From positions 4,500,001 through 4,532,000 of the forward strand of contig CP001848.1 of assembly GCA_000025185.1 (NCBI GenBank): DNA of 32,000 nt, read 5' to 3'. The stretch comes from Pirellula staleyi DSM 6068 (GTDB lineage: Bacteria > Planctomycetota > Planctomycetia > Pirellulales > Pirellulaceae). The notes under the pieces were generated by a model. That model ran no database searches and was not told where the DNA came from. It saw nothing but the letters and a program-made list of their open reading frames with translations. The position numbers were made by a program, and so were the translations under genes. Shown here piece after piece: positions 1-10,463 of this stretch; position 1 is the stretch's first letter; every line of letters begins with the position of its first letter.

Positions 1-176
1 TGGAGGAAGACTTCGCGGCTCTCGACCTCGAACCGCTCGACAAACGCTTCCACATCGGGCTTCTGGAAGCTGTCGTTGATCCCGGGCTTCACACTTTTTT
101 CCTGAGCGAAGGCTGCGAGAGGGAGACTAGCGAGGAGGACGAGGAGCGCTCGGCAGAAGAACGGTTGTGACCACAT
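1..176 (-). CDS. N-terminal fragment (58 codons, runs off the window) of an exported class I SAM-dependent methyltransferase-like protein
   Basis: Not in the ORF track. Minus-strand ATG at 176. Translation is MWSQPFFCRALLVLLASLPLAAFAQEKSVKPGINDSFQKPDVEAFVERFEVESREVFL. This is a signal peptide followed by a PGIND-F...RFE-ESREV box that I recall from the N-termini of exported SAM methyltransferases. Only the N-terminus is visible, so the family call is tentative. Confidence 0.4.
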   Translation of the reverse strand, partial: MWSQPFFCRALLVLLASLPLAAFAQEKSVKPGINDSFQKPDVEAFVERFEVESREVFL

Positions 177-485
177 GGGAGAACCTTTCGCGAAGGGGAG
201 TGGGAGGCGCGGCTCGTGTAGGCGGGAGTCGGTCGGCTCGATCAGCGTGTAATCCATTATGTCGAAATGTTCCGATGTGTCAACATAGCAGTCGGGAGCA
301 GGCTTTGTAGAGAAGTCAGAAACAGCCTGTTCGACGTACGAAATTGCCGTTCTGGCAGTGCGTGCTGGGGAGGGGATTTTGAAGCAAGCGAGGCGCTGGC
401 GGAGCTGAATCTGGCTGGCCTGGTGAAGCGACTTGGGCTACGATGCAAGCTCCCGCCTAACTTCCGCTAGCCCACCTGCTTACCG

Positions 486-2525
486 ATGCGAAATTGCTCC
501 CTCTGCTGGTTGCCAGCGCGCTTGCGCCCAAGCTGCCAAAGCCTCTGGATTTCACTCGTCCCGATCTTGCGCTGTGCAGTGGCTGTGGGGATGAGTGTCG
601 CGATTGTTTTCGGAGCGAGTCCGGCGACTGCTGATGAGCTGACCCCCGCGATGCAAAAGTGGGGAGATCAGTATTCCGAGAAGATTCTTCCGATCGTGAA
701 GTCGCGCTGCATCGAATGCCACAACGCAGAAAAATCGGAAGGTGATTTCGATTTGTCGAAGTATCCCGACGGTGGTTCAGCAGCGCGTGCAGGAGACATG
801 TGGGAACGGGTGGCGCGGCGCATTCGTCAGAATGAAATGCCACCGCAAGGGAGCCCTGGCCTCAATGATCCGCAGAAGGGAGCCTTTAACCAATGGCTCG
901 ATTCGCGCCCCGAACAGCAGCTCTGCAAGAATCTGGCGACCGATGAAACACAGGCCTGGTATCGCGGGCATGTGATGAGTCGACGTCTGACGCGCACCGA
1001 GTATCGCCACGCGGTGCGAGATGTGCTTGGGATCGAACTTCGAGAGAGCGATCTGCCTCCTTCCGACGGTGCCGGTGGCGAAGGGTTTGATACGGTGGGG
1101 GATTCGCTCTTCACTTCCCCGATCCATCTTGAGGCCTATTTAATGGCAGCCGATCGCGCCATCGAAGCTGCTTTGCCGACGAGCGAAGAAGGGCTCAACG
1201 CTTCAGCTGTTGCCGCGCGACGACGTTTACTCGCGGTGCTGCCGAAGTCGATCGACAGCGGCTCGGCGCTCGAAGAAGAAGCGGCTGCGAAAGAGAACCT
1301 GCAAACGTTTGGCAAGCGAGCCTGGCGGCGGCCGATGGCAGGGGATGAACTCGAGCGGCTGATGGTGATTTTCCACAAGGCGCGGCAGCGACATGGGGAG
1401 TTTATTGCTGCGCTGCGCGAACCGATGAAGGCGATGTTGGTTTCGCCCCATTTTCTGTTCGTCGTAGAGTCGGAGCCCGCAGCGGGGGGAGTGCAACGCA
1501 TTTCGCCGCATCAATTGGCCACGCGGCTGTCGCTGCTGGTGTGGTCGTCGGTGCCCGACGATGAGCTACTTGAACTCGCCGATCGGGGAGAGATCTACGA
1601 CGACAATGTTCTGCGGGCTCAGGTGCGACGCATGCTGGCCGATCCGAAGTCCCGCGCGCTTGGAGAAAATTTTGGACTGCAGTGGCTGGGACTCAAAGAG
1701 TTTGGCAACGGGCCTCAGCCCGATGCTGCTGTTTTTCCCGAGTACAACGCACAGCTCGTCGCCGCGATGCGCGAGGAAGCGATTCGAACTGTGGCAGGGG
1801 TGTTTCAGAACGATGCTCCCCTCACGCAACTGGTCGATGCCGACTATGTCTATGCCAATGCCGAGCTCGCCAAGTTCTATGGTTTAAAGAACGTGGAAGA
1901 TGCAACCTGGAAACAGGTGAAGCTCGAGAACAAAACGCGTGGCGGTGTGCTGACGATGGCGAGTGTGCTGACCACCACTTCGTATCCCCGGCGCACGAGC
2001 CCTGTGCTGCGAGGCCGCTGGGTGCTCGAAGAAGTGCTCGGGTCGCGCGTGCCACCTCCACCACCGAATGTTCCCGCGCTCGAAGAAGAGCATGGCGATG
2101 AAAAGCTAACGACGCTGCGCCAGCGCCTCGAAGCTCATCGTAAAAATCCCGAGTGCGCGAGCTGCCACAATCGGATGGACCCGCTCGGCTTCGGTCTCGA
2201 GAATTTCGATGGAATCGGACGTTGGCGCGACAGCGACAATGGTCAGCCGATCGACTCCGCCGGTCAGCTCCCGTCGGGAGATTCGTTCAGCGGTCCTGCC
2301 GAACTAAAAACCGTGCTCCTCAAACGGAGCGAAGAATTTCAGAAGCATTTCGTACGAAAACTGCTCGGATTTGCGCTCGGACGCGAATTGAACAAGTTCG
2401 ACAGTTGCGTGGTCGATCAATGCCTCAAGCGGCTGAAGGAAACCGATTTGCGCGCCGCTGTATTGATCGAAGAAATCGCACTTTCCTATCCGTTTCAGTA
2501 TCGCTATTTCAAGTCCGACAAATAG
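486..2525 (+). CDS. Planctomycete multi-DUF protein (DUF1587/DUF1592/DUF1595/DUF1588/DUF1585-type architecture) with CxxCH motifs
   Basis: 679-aa ORF with an N-terminal hydrophobic signal or anchor. Motifs: CIECH near the N-terminus, [50 protein letters not shown] and [19 protein letters not shown]. These match the recalled signatures of this family. It is followed 63 nt later by its usual DUF1552 partner. The start could be ATG 486 or ATG 591. Confidence 0.85.
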   Translation: MRNCSLCWLPARLRPSCQSLWISLVPILRCAVAVGMSVAIVFGASPATADELTPAMQKWGDQYSEKILPIVKSRCIECHNAEKSEGDFDLSKYPDGGSAARAGDMWERVARRIRQNEMPPQGSPGLNDPQKGAFNQWLDSRPEQQLCKNLATDETQAWYRGHVMSRRLTRTEYRHAVRDVLGIELRESDLPPSDGAGGEGFDTVGDSLFTSPIHLEAYLMAADRAIEAALPTSEEGLNASAVAARRRLLAVLPKSIDSGSALEEEAAAKENLQTFGKRAWRRPMAGDELERLMVIFHKARQRHGEFIAALREPMKAMLVSPHFLFVVESEPAAGGVQRISPHQLATRLSLLVWSSVPDDELLELADRGEIYDDNVLRAQVRRMLADPKSRALGENFGLQWLGLKEFGNGPQPDAAVFPEYNAQLVAAMREEAIRTVAGVFQNDAPLTQLVDADYVYANAELAKFYGLKNVEDATWKQVKLENKTRGGVLTMASVLTTTSYPRRTSPVLRGRWVLEEVLGSRVPPPPPNVPALEEEHGDEKLTTLRQRLEAHRKNPECASCHNRMDPLGFGLENFDGIGRWRDSDNGQPIDSAGQLPSGDSFSGPAELKTVLLKRSEEFQKHFVRKLLGFALGRELNKFDSCVVDQCLKRLKETDLRAAVLIEEIALSYPFQYRYFKSDK

Positions 2526-2588
2526 CAGCGCGCCGATACACAACGATCACTTTCGTCTCGGTGAACTCGTAGAGCTGGGCCTGATTTC

Positions 2589-3956
2589 ATGTTCGAACCA
2601 AAGATGAGCAGCGGTGCGACTTCGCGGCGCAAATTCCTCCGAGGATGTGGCGTAGCGCTCAGCCTCCCGTGGCTCGCCACGCTAGCGCCTGCCTTGGCCC
2701 CTTCGATGGCGCGCGGCAAGGAAGCAGCGAAGCCACCGGTGCGCAGCGCGTTTATCTACTTCCCCAACGGTGTGTGGGAAAAAGATTGGGTCCCAGCGGA
2801 AACGGGTGCCAACTACAAGCTCACCCCTTCGCTCGAGCCGCTCGCCGATCTGCGGAGCGAATTCACGGTGCTAACCGGACTCGACAAAAAACATAGTCAC
2901 GGTGGCGACGGTCATTACGCCAAAACGGCCAACTTTCTCACTGGCATGCCTGTCACCAAAACGACCGGCAAGGATATCAGCAGTGGCGGCATCTCGGTCG
3001 ATCAGTTGATGGCACAGCACGTGGGGAAATTCACGCCGCTGCCGTCGCTCGAACTCGGGACCGAGCCGGTCATCAGTGGCATCGATAGCAACGTCGGCTA
3101 TACGCGGCTTTATGGTTCGCACATTTCGTGGCAATCACCCACGCGACCTGTCGCGAAAGAAATCAATCCACGACTGGTTTACGAGCGGCTGTTTGGGAAG
3201 AGCCTCTCGCCCGAATCGGAGAAAGCCGAGTCGTACCGAAATCTGCTCGACTACGTCCTCGAAGATGCACGCCGCTTGCGTCCCCAACTTGGTCGCGACG
3301 ATCAGTTCAAAATGGACGAGTATCTCGACTCGGTCCGAGCGGTCGAAAAGCGGATCGAGTTTGCTACGAAGGGGGAAAAGGGGGACTGGCAACCCGAGAT
3401 CGACGAGCAGGCTCTCGCGGCCGCTAAACCAGGGATTCCGGGGAGTTTTCAAGAGCATATCGGCATCATGCTCGACCTGATCGTTCTCGCCTTTCAAACC
3501 GATTCGACGCGCGTGGCGTCGCTGATGTTTGCCAATGATGTCTCGGGGCGAAACTTCTCATTTGTCGATGGTGTGAGTGGCAGCCACCATGAACTGTCGC
3601 ATCACGAAAACAAAGCAGAGAAGATCGAGCAGTATCAGCGGATCAATCGCTGGCACGTGGCGCAGTTTGCGAGCATGCTCACGAAGCTGCGCGCTATCAA
3701 AGAGGGGGAAGGAACCCTGCTCGACAACTGCATGATCCTGATGGGCTCGAGCATGTCGGATGGCAATCGGCACGACCCCGACAATCTGCCGATCCTCCTC
3801 GGGGGACGCGGTGGAGGAACCATCAACGCCGGTCGTCACTTGGCTGCCCAAGGGATGGTGCCGCTCTGTAACCTCTATCACGCCATGCTCGATCGCATGG
3901 GGGTAGAAGTGGAAGCGTTTGGCGACAGCACCGAAAAAATGGCCGACCTGGCTTAG
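2589..3956 (+). CDS. DUF1552 domain protein with twin-arginine signal
   Basis: 455-aa ORF. Tat-like N-terminus SRRKFLRGCGVALSLPWLA. Family-typical blocks HSHGGDGHYAKTANFLTG, SGSHHELSHH and LPILLGGRGGG. Sits in the canonical position downstream of a DUF1592-type gene. Confidence 0.9.
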   Translation: MFEPKMSSGATSRRKFLRGCGVALSLPWLATLAPALAPSMARGKEAAKPPVRSAFIYFPNGVWEKDWVPAETGANYKLTPSLEPLADLRSEFTVLTGLDKKHSHGGDGHYAKTANFLTGMPVTKTTGKDISSGGISVDQLMAQHVGKFTPLPSLELGTEPVISGIDSNVGYTRLYGSHISWQSPTRPVAKEINPRLVYERLFGKSLSPESEKAESYRNLLDYVLEDARRLRPQLGRDDQFKMDEYLDSVRAVEKRIEFATKGEKGDWQPEIDEQALAAAKPGIPGSFQEHIGIMLDLIVLAFQTDSTRVASLMFANDVSGRNFSFVDGVSGSHHELSHHENKAEKIEQYQRINRWHVAQFASMLTKLRAIKEGEGTLLDNCMILMGSSMSDGNRHDPDNLPILLGGRGGGTINAGRHLAAQGMVPLCNLYHAMLDRMGVEVEAFGDSTEKMADLA

Positions 3957-3965
3957 CGGTTTGTC

Positions 3966-4922
3966 TCAGTTGCTGCTTGATGGCGCGGGAGGTTCGATCT
4001 GCTGAGCAGCGAGCGCGATGGCGCCGCAAATACCGGCGTCGTCCCCGAGTGTTGGTGGAACGACAAACGTCTCGATCCCATCCTGCGTGAGCGCTGGCGA
4101 AGCGATGTAGCCCGCGAGCACTTCGCGCAGTCGGAGCCTAAGCTGCTGAAACAAAGCCTCCTCGCCAAGCAGTCCCGCCTTACGCACACTTCCGCCCAAA
4201 ATGATTTTGCGAGGGGAGAGGACGTAGGTGATGTTGGCCAGCGCATGGGCCATGTAGCGAATCGTGAGGTCCCACGCGGGATCGTCTGGTGGAATTGTTT
4301 CCGCAGGGCGCCCCGCACGTTGGGCGATGGCTGGTCCACTGCAAAGTCCCTCCCAGCAGCGGCCATGAAACGGGCAGGCCCCCTCGAACGTATCCCCTGC
4401 GATGCGCGGCAAACCGAGATGACCCATTTCAGGATGGACCATTCCGTGCAGCAAGCGCCCGCGCGCCATGCCACCTCCACCAATGCCGGTGCCGGCAGTG
4501 ATGTAGACAAAGTCGTCGAGCCCTTGCGCTGCTCCCCAGCGATGTTCGCCAAGTGCTGCGCCGTTGACATCGGTATCAAGGGCGATCGGAATCCCCGCCA
4601 GCGCGCTGCGAAGTGGCCCGAGGATATCGGCGTTCTGCCAGCCCGGTTTCGGCGTCGTCGTGATCTGGCCATACGTGCGCGAAGCAGGATGTAGATCGAC
4701 CGGCCCAAACGACGCGACTCCCAAACCGGCCAGAGCGCCATGCTCTGCTTGTCGCGCCAGAAACCAGGTAACTACTTGCTGCATCAGCGCCGCCGGATTA
4801 GCGCCGGTCGCAAACTGCTGGCGCGCGAGCAAACGCTCACCAGGTCCATAGCCGACGACACACACAAACTTGGTTCCGCCTGCTTCGATCGCTCCCCAAA
4901 GGGGTTGATGTGAGTGTGTCAT
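3966..4922 (-). CDS. ROK-family sugar kinase (fructokinase/Mak-like)
   Basis: N-terminal ATP-binding box WGAIEAGGTKFVC. ROK zinc/sugar box GHLGLP...CPFHGRCWEGLCSGPA. The track ORF extends to 5069, but that extension overlaps the upstream aldo/keto reductase gene. ATG 4922 (MTHSHQPLWG...) leaves a 37-nt gap and gives a normal ROK N-terminus. Confidence 0.8.
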   Translation of the reverse strand: MTHSHQPLWGAIEAGGTKFVCVVGYGPGERLLARQQFATGANPAALMQQVVTWFLARQAEHGALAGLGVASFGPVDLHPASRTYGQITTTPKPGWQNADILGPLRSALAGIPIALDTDVNGAALGEHRWGAAQGLDDFVYITAGTGIGGGGMARGRLLHGMVHPEMGHLGLPRIAGDTFEGACPFHGRCWEGLCSGPAIAQRAGRPAETIPPDDPAWDLTIRYMAHALANITYVLSPRKIILGGSVRKAGLLGEEALFQQLRLRLREVLAGYIASPALTQDGIETFVVPPTLGDDAGICGAIALAAQQIEPPAPSSSN

Positions 4923-4959
4923 CCGTAGGAACTTGCTGAGAGTTGCGAGTGGCCAGCGA

Positions 4960-5931
4960 CTACTGCGACCAGGAGGTGGGATGTCGCTCCCAGCGATGCA
5001 GGGCCAACTTTTCGAGCAAAGCGGCATCGAGTGGACCAGCGTCGCTGGCAGCCATGTTCGCCTCGACATTCCGCACCGAGCGCATCCCGGGGATCACCGT
5101 CCCGACGGTCGATTCCGAGAGGGTGAACCGGAGCGCCATCTCTGCCATCGTCATCCCTGCGGGAACCAGTGGCCGAAGTGCTTCAGCCCGATCGACACTG
5201 GCATTCAAATTGTCGGGAACAAAATAGGTGCTCCGCCAATCTTCCTTCGGCCAGGTCGACGATTTGGTAAGGGTGCCAGTCAGTGTCCCTTCATCAAACG
5301 GAACACGCGCAATCACTCCCACGTCGTGCTTGCGGCACGCGGGAAAAAGTTCGTCGAGCGGGTTTTGATCGAAGATGTTGTAGATCACTTGCACCACGTC
5401 GATCAGCCCGCTTTCGACCGCAGCGATTCCGTTCCAAGGTTCCCAGCGATTCAAACTAATTCCGATCGCATGAAACAGTCCTTGCGACTTCAGATCGGCG
5501 AGCTTGTGATACCAGCGGTCGTCGCGGAGCCAGCTATCTTCCCAGGTATGCAGCTGCATCAGGTCGAGCGAAGTGAGCCCGGTATTGCTCAAACTATCGG
5601 TGACATATTTCTCGAGATGAGCGGGAGGAAAACAGTCGTCGACGGTGTAGTCGCGACGACTGGGCCATTGGAAATTCTGGGGTGGAACTTTCGAGGCGGT
5701 GTAGAGCTTACGATCCGGAAAATCACGGACCAATTGCCCGAGAATTGCTTCGCTCTTCCCAGCTCCATAGCCCCACGCAGTATCGAAGAAATTACAGCCG
5801 AGTTCGACCGAGCGGCGGAGCGCGCGGTTGACTTCATCGAGGTCCGAACCGGTCCAGCCAGCCATCCCCCACATGCCGTAGCCGACTTCACTCACTTGCC
5901 AGTTGGTGCGACCAAAACGACGATATTTCAT
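4960..5931 (-). CDS. Aldo/keto reductase
   Basis: 323-aa ORF. MKYRRFGRTNWQVSEVGYGMWGMAG...GCNFFDTAWGYGAGKSE is a classic AKR N-terminus with the catalytic D/Y/K context. A C-terminal AKR-like block is also present. Same strand as, and 37 nt upstream of, the ROK kinase. Confidence 0.9.
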   Translation of the reverse strand: MKYRRFGRTNWQVSEVGYGMWGMAGWTGSDLDEVNRALRRSVELGCNFFDTAWGYGAGKSEAILGQLVRDFPDRKLYTASKVPPQNFQWPSRRDYTVDDCFPPAHLEKYVTDSLSNTGLTSLDLMQLHTWEDSWLRDDRWYHKLADLKSQGLFHAIGISLNRWEPWNGIAAVESGLIDVVQVIYNIFDQNPLDELFPACRKHDVGVIARVPFDEGTLTGTLTKSSTWPKEDWRSTYFVPDNLNASVDRAEALRPLVPAGMTMAEMALRFTLSESTVGTVIPGMRSVRNVEANMAASDAGPLDAALLEKLALHRWERHPTSWSQ

Positions 5932-6090
5932 GAGTCCGATTGCTTCTGCTGCGAGGAAGACTGCGACGATGAGGAGGCTCGTTCGAGCGCCTCAGATCGA
6001 GAAAAAACGAGTGCTCGAACAACGCCCCAGTAGACAGGGGATCGCAGGCCGACGCAATTCGCCCTCGGCGTAGGCTCATGCTCGCTAGCG

Positions 6091-7449
6091 TTAGGCAAAG
6101 AGTTCGTGCACGACCTTGCCACCTTCAGGCCCGGTCAGACGATGATCGCGGCCGGCGTAGCGGTACGTAAGTTCATTGGCCGGTAGTCCAAGCAGATGCA
6201 GAATCGAAGCGTGCAGATCACTCACGTGCACTTTGCCTTCGACAGCTTGCGCGCCGGTTTCGTTCGTTTTGCCATGCGTGTAGCCGGGCTTCGAGCCACC
6301 ACCCGCGAGCCAGTAGGTGAAGCCTCGATAGTTGTGGTCGGTGTCGTCCTTCCCATCCTCGGGGGTAAGTCCCGGGCGTCCAAATTCGCCACCCCACACC
6401 ACCAGCGTCTCGTCGAGCAATCCACGCTGCTCCAGATCCTCGAGCAGTGCGGCAATCGGTGCATCGGTTGCCACGCAATTGGCCTTCAAGTCGCGTCGAT
6501 GATTCTTGTGCTGGTCCCAGCTGCCATGATTGACTTCGACAAAGCGCACGCCCGATTCAATGAACCGCCGGGCCAAAAGACATTGGCGGCCAAAGTCTGA
6601 TTTTTGACAAATCCCCTCCGATTCGGGCTGTTTTCCGACGCGATAGCGATCGAGCGTCTCTTGGCTTTCGCGACTGAGATCGAGCAGCCCCGGAGCTTCC
6701 GCCTGCATTTCGAAACCGAGCTCCATCGACTGAATCACGTTCTCGAGTTGCGCGTCGTGCGGATGCTGTGCGGCATGCTCACGATTGAGCGCTTGCACGA
6801 AATCGAGTTGCCTACGCTTGGCCGCAGGGGAGAGATGCTCGCTTGCGACATTGTTGATCGTCGCCTTCGTCATATCCTCGCCGTTGACACCAATCGGTGT
6901 GCCGTTGTAGATCGATGGCAAAAAGGCGCTCGAGTAGATCGAGCTCTTCGATGTGTTGAGGCTGATGAATCCAGGAAGGTTCTGATTCTCGGTCCCGAGG
7001 CCATACGTGATCCACGAACCGAGCGATGGCCGTTCGCGGAGTCGTTCCCCCGTGTGGATTTGCAAAAAGGCTTGCGCGTGGATGCCGGTGTCGGCATGCA
7101 TGCCATTGATGACGCAAAGCTTATCGGCGTGCCGAGCGGTTTCAGGAAGCAGCTGGGAGATCCAGAGTCCACTATCGCCATGCTGATCGAATGCAAAGAC
7201 CGATCCAGGATGCTTCTTGCTGCCGGTTTGCGGCTTGTAGTCAAAGGTATCCATCTGCGCGGGGCCGCCACTCATGCAGAGGAAAATCACACGCTTCGCG
7301 CGAGCGGGAAGGGGAGGCTGTTTGGCCGCGAGCGTGGGGGGAGTAGCTGCAGGGGCAGCGCTGGCAGTCTGTCCCAGCAGCGCTTGAAGCGCGAGATAGC
7401 TGAAGCCACACGAGGCGTTCTGGAGCCATTGGCGTCGAGTGCTATGCAT
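6091..7449 (-). CDS. DUF1501 domain protein (sulfatase/alkaline-phosphatase fold, Tat signal)
   Basis: Tat-like [21 protein letters not shown]. Family blocks [43 protein letters not shown] and [16 protein letters not shown]. The track ORF start at 7566 overlaps the upstream gene. ATG 7449 leaves a 59-nt gap. Confidence 0.9.
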   Translation of the reverse strand: MHSTRRQWLQNASCGFSYLALQALLGQTASAAPAATPPTLAAKQPPLPARAKRVIFLCMSGGPAQMDTFDYKPQTGSKKHPGSVFAFDQHGDSGLWISQLLPETARHADKLCVINGMHADTGIHAQAFLQIHTGERLRERPSLGSWITYGLGTENQNLPGFISLNTSKSSIYSSAFLPSIYNGTPIGVNGEDMTKATINNVASEHLSPAAKRRQLDFVQALNREHAAQHPHDAQLENVIQSMELGFEMQAEAPGLLDLSRESQETLDRYRVGKQPESEGICQKSDFGRQCLLARRFIESGVRFVEVNHGSWDQHKNHRRDLKANCVATDAPIAALLEDLEQRGLLDETLVVWGGEFGRPGLTPEDGKDDTDHNYRGFTYWLAGGGSKPGYTHGKTNETGAQAVEGKVHVSDLHASILHLLGLPANELTYRYAGRDHRLTGPEGGKVVHELFA

Positions 7450-7508
7450 GGAAAAATCTCGCGTCACTGCGGCGGATAAAATGCACAAAAATCCAAGGGG
7501 AAAAACGG

Positions 7509-9902
7509 CTAATCGACGTAGCGAAACTCGCTGGTCATTAGGAGCGCCTGACACAAACTCGACCATGCTTTATCTGGGGAGCCAAGTTCGGCGGCGGTCG
7601 CTTCGATCATCTGCCGCGCTTGCGCGGACTCTTGCGGGGTTGGATCGCGGCGCAAAGCGCGCTGCCATGCCGAGCGGAGTCGCGCTTGCGGGTCGGCTGT
7701 CTCGCTCATGAGGCGCTGCGCAAATATTTGCGACTGCGCAATCACCAGCGGGTTGTTGTACAGATGCAGCGCCTGTCCCGGCACCACACTCACATCGCGG
7801 CGCCCCACCGGAACCGTAAAATCTGGCAGATCAAACGCCGCGAGTTCGGGTGGAGGCGAACTCCGGAGGTAGCACAAGTAGACGCTCCGGTGATTGCTCG
7901 GCTCGTGCAAATTTCCGGCCAGATTCACCAGGATGTCACGATGCTGAACGAGCGAACCGACACGCGGCTCGAGATTCAAATCGCCACTCACCAGCAGCAT
8001 CGCGTCGCGAATAGCCTCGGCCTCCATGCGCCGCCGCGTTTGCCGCGCGAGCAAGCGATTTTCAGGATCGGCGTCGATCAATTCCTGTGCAGCGTCGCTC
8101 GACTGCTGATAAGTGCGGCTGAGAACAATCATCCGAATCGTTCGCTTCACCGACCACCCTTCGTCGACAAATCGGGCCGCCAGATAGTCGAGCAGCTCGG
8201 GATGCGTCGGACGCTCGCCGTAGGTTCCAAAATCATCGGGCGTTCGGACGATCCCATTTCCCAGCAGATGTTGCCAAATGCGATTCACCATTACGCGCGG
8301 CGTGAGAGGCTGTTTCCAAGCGGTGAGCCACTCGGCCAGTTGTCGACGGCCACTTTTCTCGCGATCGACCTGCACATCAATCGGCAGCTGCAGCGCGCCG
8401 AGAAATCCACGCGGAACGACCTCCCCCAGTTTTTTCGATTCCCCTTTGAGATGAATCTTTGTGTCGTCGGGCTTCTCACGATCTCGCAGCCCCATGGCGA
8501 GCGGCGTCCCTGGCTCCCACTTCGATTTCGGAAAGGGGCGAGGCTTGCCGGTGTTCGAGTCGAGCACCAGCACCGTTTCGACAAAGCCGTCGGGAGGAAA
8601 CAGTTTGGGTGTCGCTGCCAGCACATGCAGATCGGTCACTGGCGACGAAAGCCCTTCGTGAGCGCCGGTCCCCCACAGCGTTTCGCTACTAGTAAAGAGC
8701 CCGGCGAGGGCGTAGTAGTCGCGCGTCGGAATCGGATCGAATTTGTGATCGTGACAGCGGGCACAGCCGACCGTAAGACCGAGCACTCCGCGACCAATCA
8801 CATCGATCTGATCGGCGACCACGTCCATGTCGAAGTTGTCGTTCATCGCTTTGGCGGGCTTACTGCCGATCGCCAGGAAACCGGTAGCCACCAAATTACG
8901 ATCGCGCTCTTCGGGGGAACTAGCGGGGAGCAAATCGCCAGCGATCTGCTGCGCGAGAAACTGATCGTAAGGGGTGTCGTCGTTGAAAGCGGCGATCACA
9001 TAGTCGCGATATCGCCAGGCATGCGGATAGGTTGGGTTGCGTCCGAGTCCGTCGTTCCCATTCGATTCGCCGTAGCGAGCCACGTCGAGCCAGTGTCGCC
9101 CCCAGCGCTCGCCAAATCGTGGACTGCAAAGTAGCTGATCGACTAAGCGCTCGATCGCTACCGGACCTTTTTCGGCAAACTGCTGCGCGAATTCTTGCGT
9201 CTCTTCGATCGTCGGCGGAAGACCGATGAGATCGTGATACAGCCGACGCACCAGTACTTCGGGCCGAGCATCGACGCTCGGCTTTCGCCCGGCAGCTTCG
9301 ATACCAGATAGCACAAAGTGATCGATCGGATGACGTGGCCACGCCGCATCGGCTACAGGTGGCAGCTTGGGTTTACGCACCGGCGCGAGGGACCAAAGTG
9401 CAGGGGCAGAGGTCTCGGGCTGCTGGATAACTGGCTGCGCTGGAGCAGCAGCCATGGTGCGCGGATCAGCAGCTCCTCGTTTGATCCACTGGGCCACCTC
9501 TTCGATCACCGCAGCCGGAAGTGGCGCGTCGGGGGGCATTTGCAAACCGTCGTAGCGCAGTGCCTGCAGCAGCAAACTTTCGTCGGGCTTTCCAGGTGCA
9601 ATCGGCGGTCCCGATTCGCCCCCTTTACGGAGCCCCTCGCGCGTGTCGAGCAGCAGCTTGCCACCAATTTCTTTGGCATCAGCGGCGTGGCAGCTGTAGC
9701 AATGCTGGACCAGAATCGGCCGAATCTTGTTCTCGAAGTGCGCGATATCTTCGGGTCTCGCAGGCTCTTCACTGCGAGCGCTCCCCACCAGCAGCAGTGA
9801 GCTGAGTACCAGCGAGCTGAGCAGCAGGCAGAGCGCAGGGTGTGGCCTTCGCTTGCGGCTGGGAGCCAGTGAAGCGACGCGGTGGGGCGGTGGTCGATTC
9901 AT
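7509..9902 (-). CDS. PSD1-type protein: planctomycete cytochrome c domain + DUF1549 + DUF1553
   Basis: Motifs [18 protein letters not shown] (CxxCH), [19 protein letters not shown]...LIGLPPT (DUF1549-like) and [24 protein letters not shown] (DUF1553-like). The signal peptide follows MNRPPPHR... The track start at 9968 adds 22 codons with low third-position GC, so I prefer ATG 9902. 9968 remains possible. Confidence 0.85.
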   Translation of the reverse strand: MNRPPPHRVASLAPSRKRRPHPALCLLLSSLVLSSLLLVGSARSEEPARPEDIAHFENKIRPILVQHCYSCHAADAKEIGGKLLLDTREGLRKGGESGPPIAPGKPDESLLLQALRYDGLQMPPDAPLPAAVIEEVAQWIKRGAADPRTMAAAPAQPVIQQPETSAPALWSLAPVRKPKLPPVADAAWPRHPIDHFVLSGIEAAGRKPSVDARPEVLVRRLYHDLIGLPPTIEETQEFAQQFAEKGPVAIERLVDQLLCSPRFGERWGRHWLDVARYGESNGNDGLGRNPTYPHAWRYRDYVIAAFNDDTPYDQFLAQQIAGDLLPASSPEERDRNLVATGFLAIGSKPAKAMNDNFDMDVVADQIDVIGRGVLGLTVGCARCHDHKFDPIPTRDYYALAGLFTSSETLWGTGAHEGLSSPVTDLHVLAATPKLFPPDGFVETVLVLDSNTGKPRPFPKSKWEPGTPLAMGLRDREKPDDTKIHLKGESKKLGEVVPRGFLGALQLPIDVQVDREKSGRRQLAEWLTAWKQPLTPRVMVNRIWQHLLGNGIVRTPDDFGTYGERPTHPELLDYLAARFVDEGWSVKRTIRMIVLSRTYQQSSDAAQELIDADPENRLLARQTRRRMEAEAIRDAMLLVSGDLNLEPRVGSLVQHRDILVNLAGNLHEPSNHRSVYLCYLRSSPPPELAAFDLPDFTVPVGRRDVSVVPGQALHLYNNPLVIAQSQIFAQRLMSETADPQARLRSAWQRALRRDPTPQESAQARQMIEATAAELGSPDKAWSSLCQALLMTSEFRYVD

Positions 9903-10463
9903 AGGAGACTCGGTGGGAAGGGAGTTGGAGGGAACCGAAGTATCTCCCACAGCCGACAAAAATGCCACGCTGATTTAGAAATTCTCGGCAGCTCTGGCAC
10001 CCCAAGAGGAGAGTTAGAGGCTGAACATTTTCCCACGCACTTCCGCCGCTGCGCGAGCCGGTTTTGTCTAGTGGTGGCCAGCGATCCCTACCTGCGCTGC
10101 AAGTCGAGGTTGCTGTGAATCAGCGGGCCCTTAGCGCGTGCCGTGCAATTGTTCCAAGCGAAGGACGTCGCAGTAACGATGCCCCGCGAATGGTCACCGA
10201 ACGTCGGTTTGATTGCTACAGCCGTCAGATCCGGAGGTCGATGCGGCGGCTGTTTGCCGAGCAGCGCCGCTTTCCAACGGTTTCTTCAGCTCGAGTGTGC
10301 GGCCGGGCTCACTTAAGGCTATTCAACGAGTGTGAAGCGGAGAAATGCCTAAGAATACTGGTCTGTGGCGCTATTCATGAAGTAAGTTATTGCGCTTGCT
10401 TTTCTCATCTGGATGTTTGGTAGCTGGCACTCGCTGGCTTATGAGACCAACATCTTTTAGCGC

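Noticed and set aside
3953-4741. 262-aa minus-strand ORF in an alternative frame of the ROK kinase gene
   Set aside because: It lies on the same strand as the ROK kinase but out of frame with it. Its sequence is Arg/Ser-rich, whereas the ROK frame carries the GGTK and CPFHG.C.EG boxes.
4923-5069. N-terminal extensions of track ORFs: ROK to 5069, DUF1501 to 7566, Kelch to 23944, Gly-rich to 11417, PSD1 to 9968
   Set aside because: Each extension overlaps the upstream gene or places non-signal sequence in front of an obvious signal peptide. Internal ATG starts remove the conflicts.
5981-6020. Possible terminator after the DUF1501 gene (gttcgagc/gctcgaac stem with a T6 run)
   Set aside because: On the transcribed (minus) strand the T6 run falls inside the 24-nt loop rather than after the stem. 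Competing pairings exist, so this is not a canonical intrinsic terminator.
4933-7479. 366-aa (4933-6033) and 291-aa (6604-7479) plus-strand ORFs
   Set aside because: They are antisense to the aldo/keto reductase and DUF1501 genes respectively. Both real genes have strong signatures, and the antisense products are low-complexity.
7620-9134. 504-aa plus-strand ORF
   Set aside because: It is exactly antisense to the PSD1-type gene, which carries unmistakable family motifs. The translation is Arg/His/Gln-rich with no motif or signal. This is a typical shadow ORF of GC-rich DNA.
10058-10135. tRNA-like fragments (gtctagtggt..., gaggttgctgtgaatcagc)
   Set aside because: I could not fold it into a cloverleaf. 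There is no 7-bp acceptor stem and no GTTCRANYC T-loop with a matching stem.
10064-10423. 119-aa ORF filling the long intergenic gap
   Set aside because: It is Arg/Cys-rich with no signal or motif, and it runs into the low-GC promoter-like region. Treated as non-coding (see finding).
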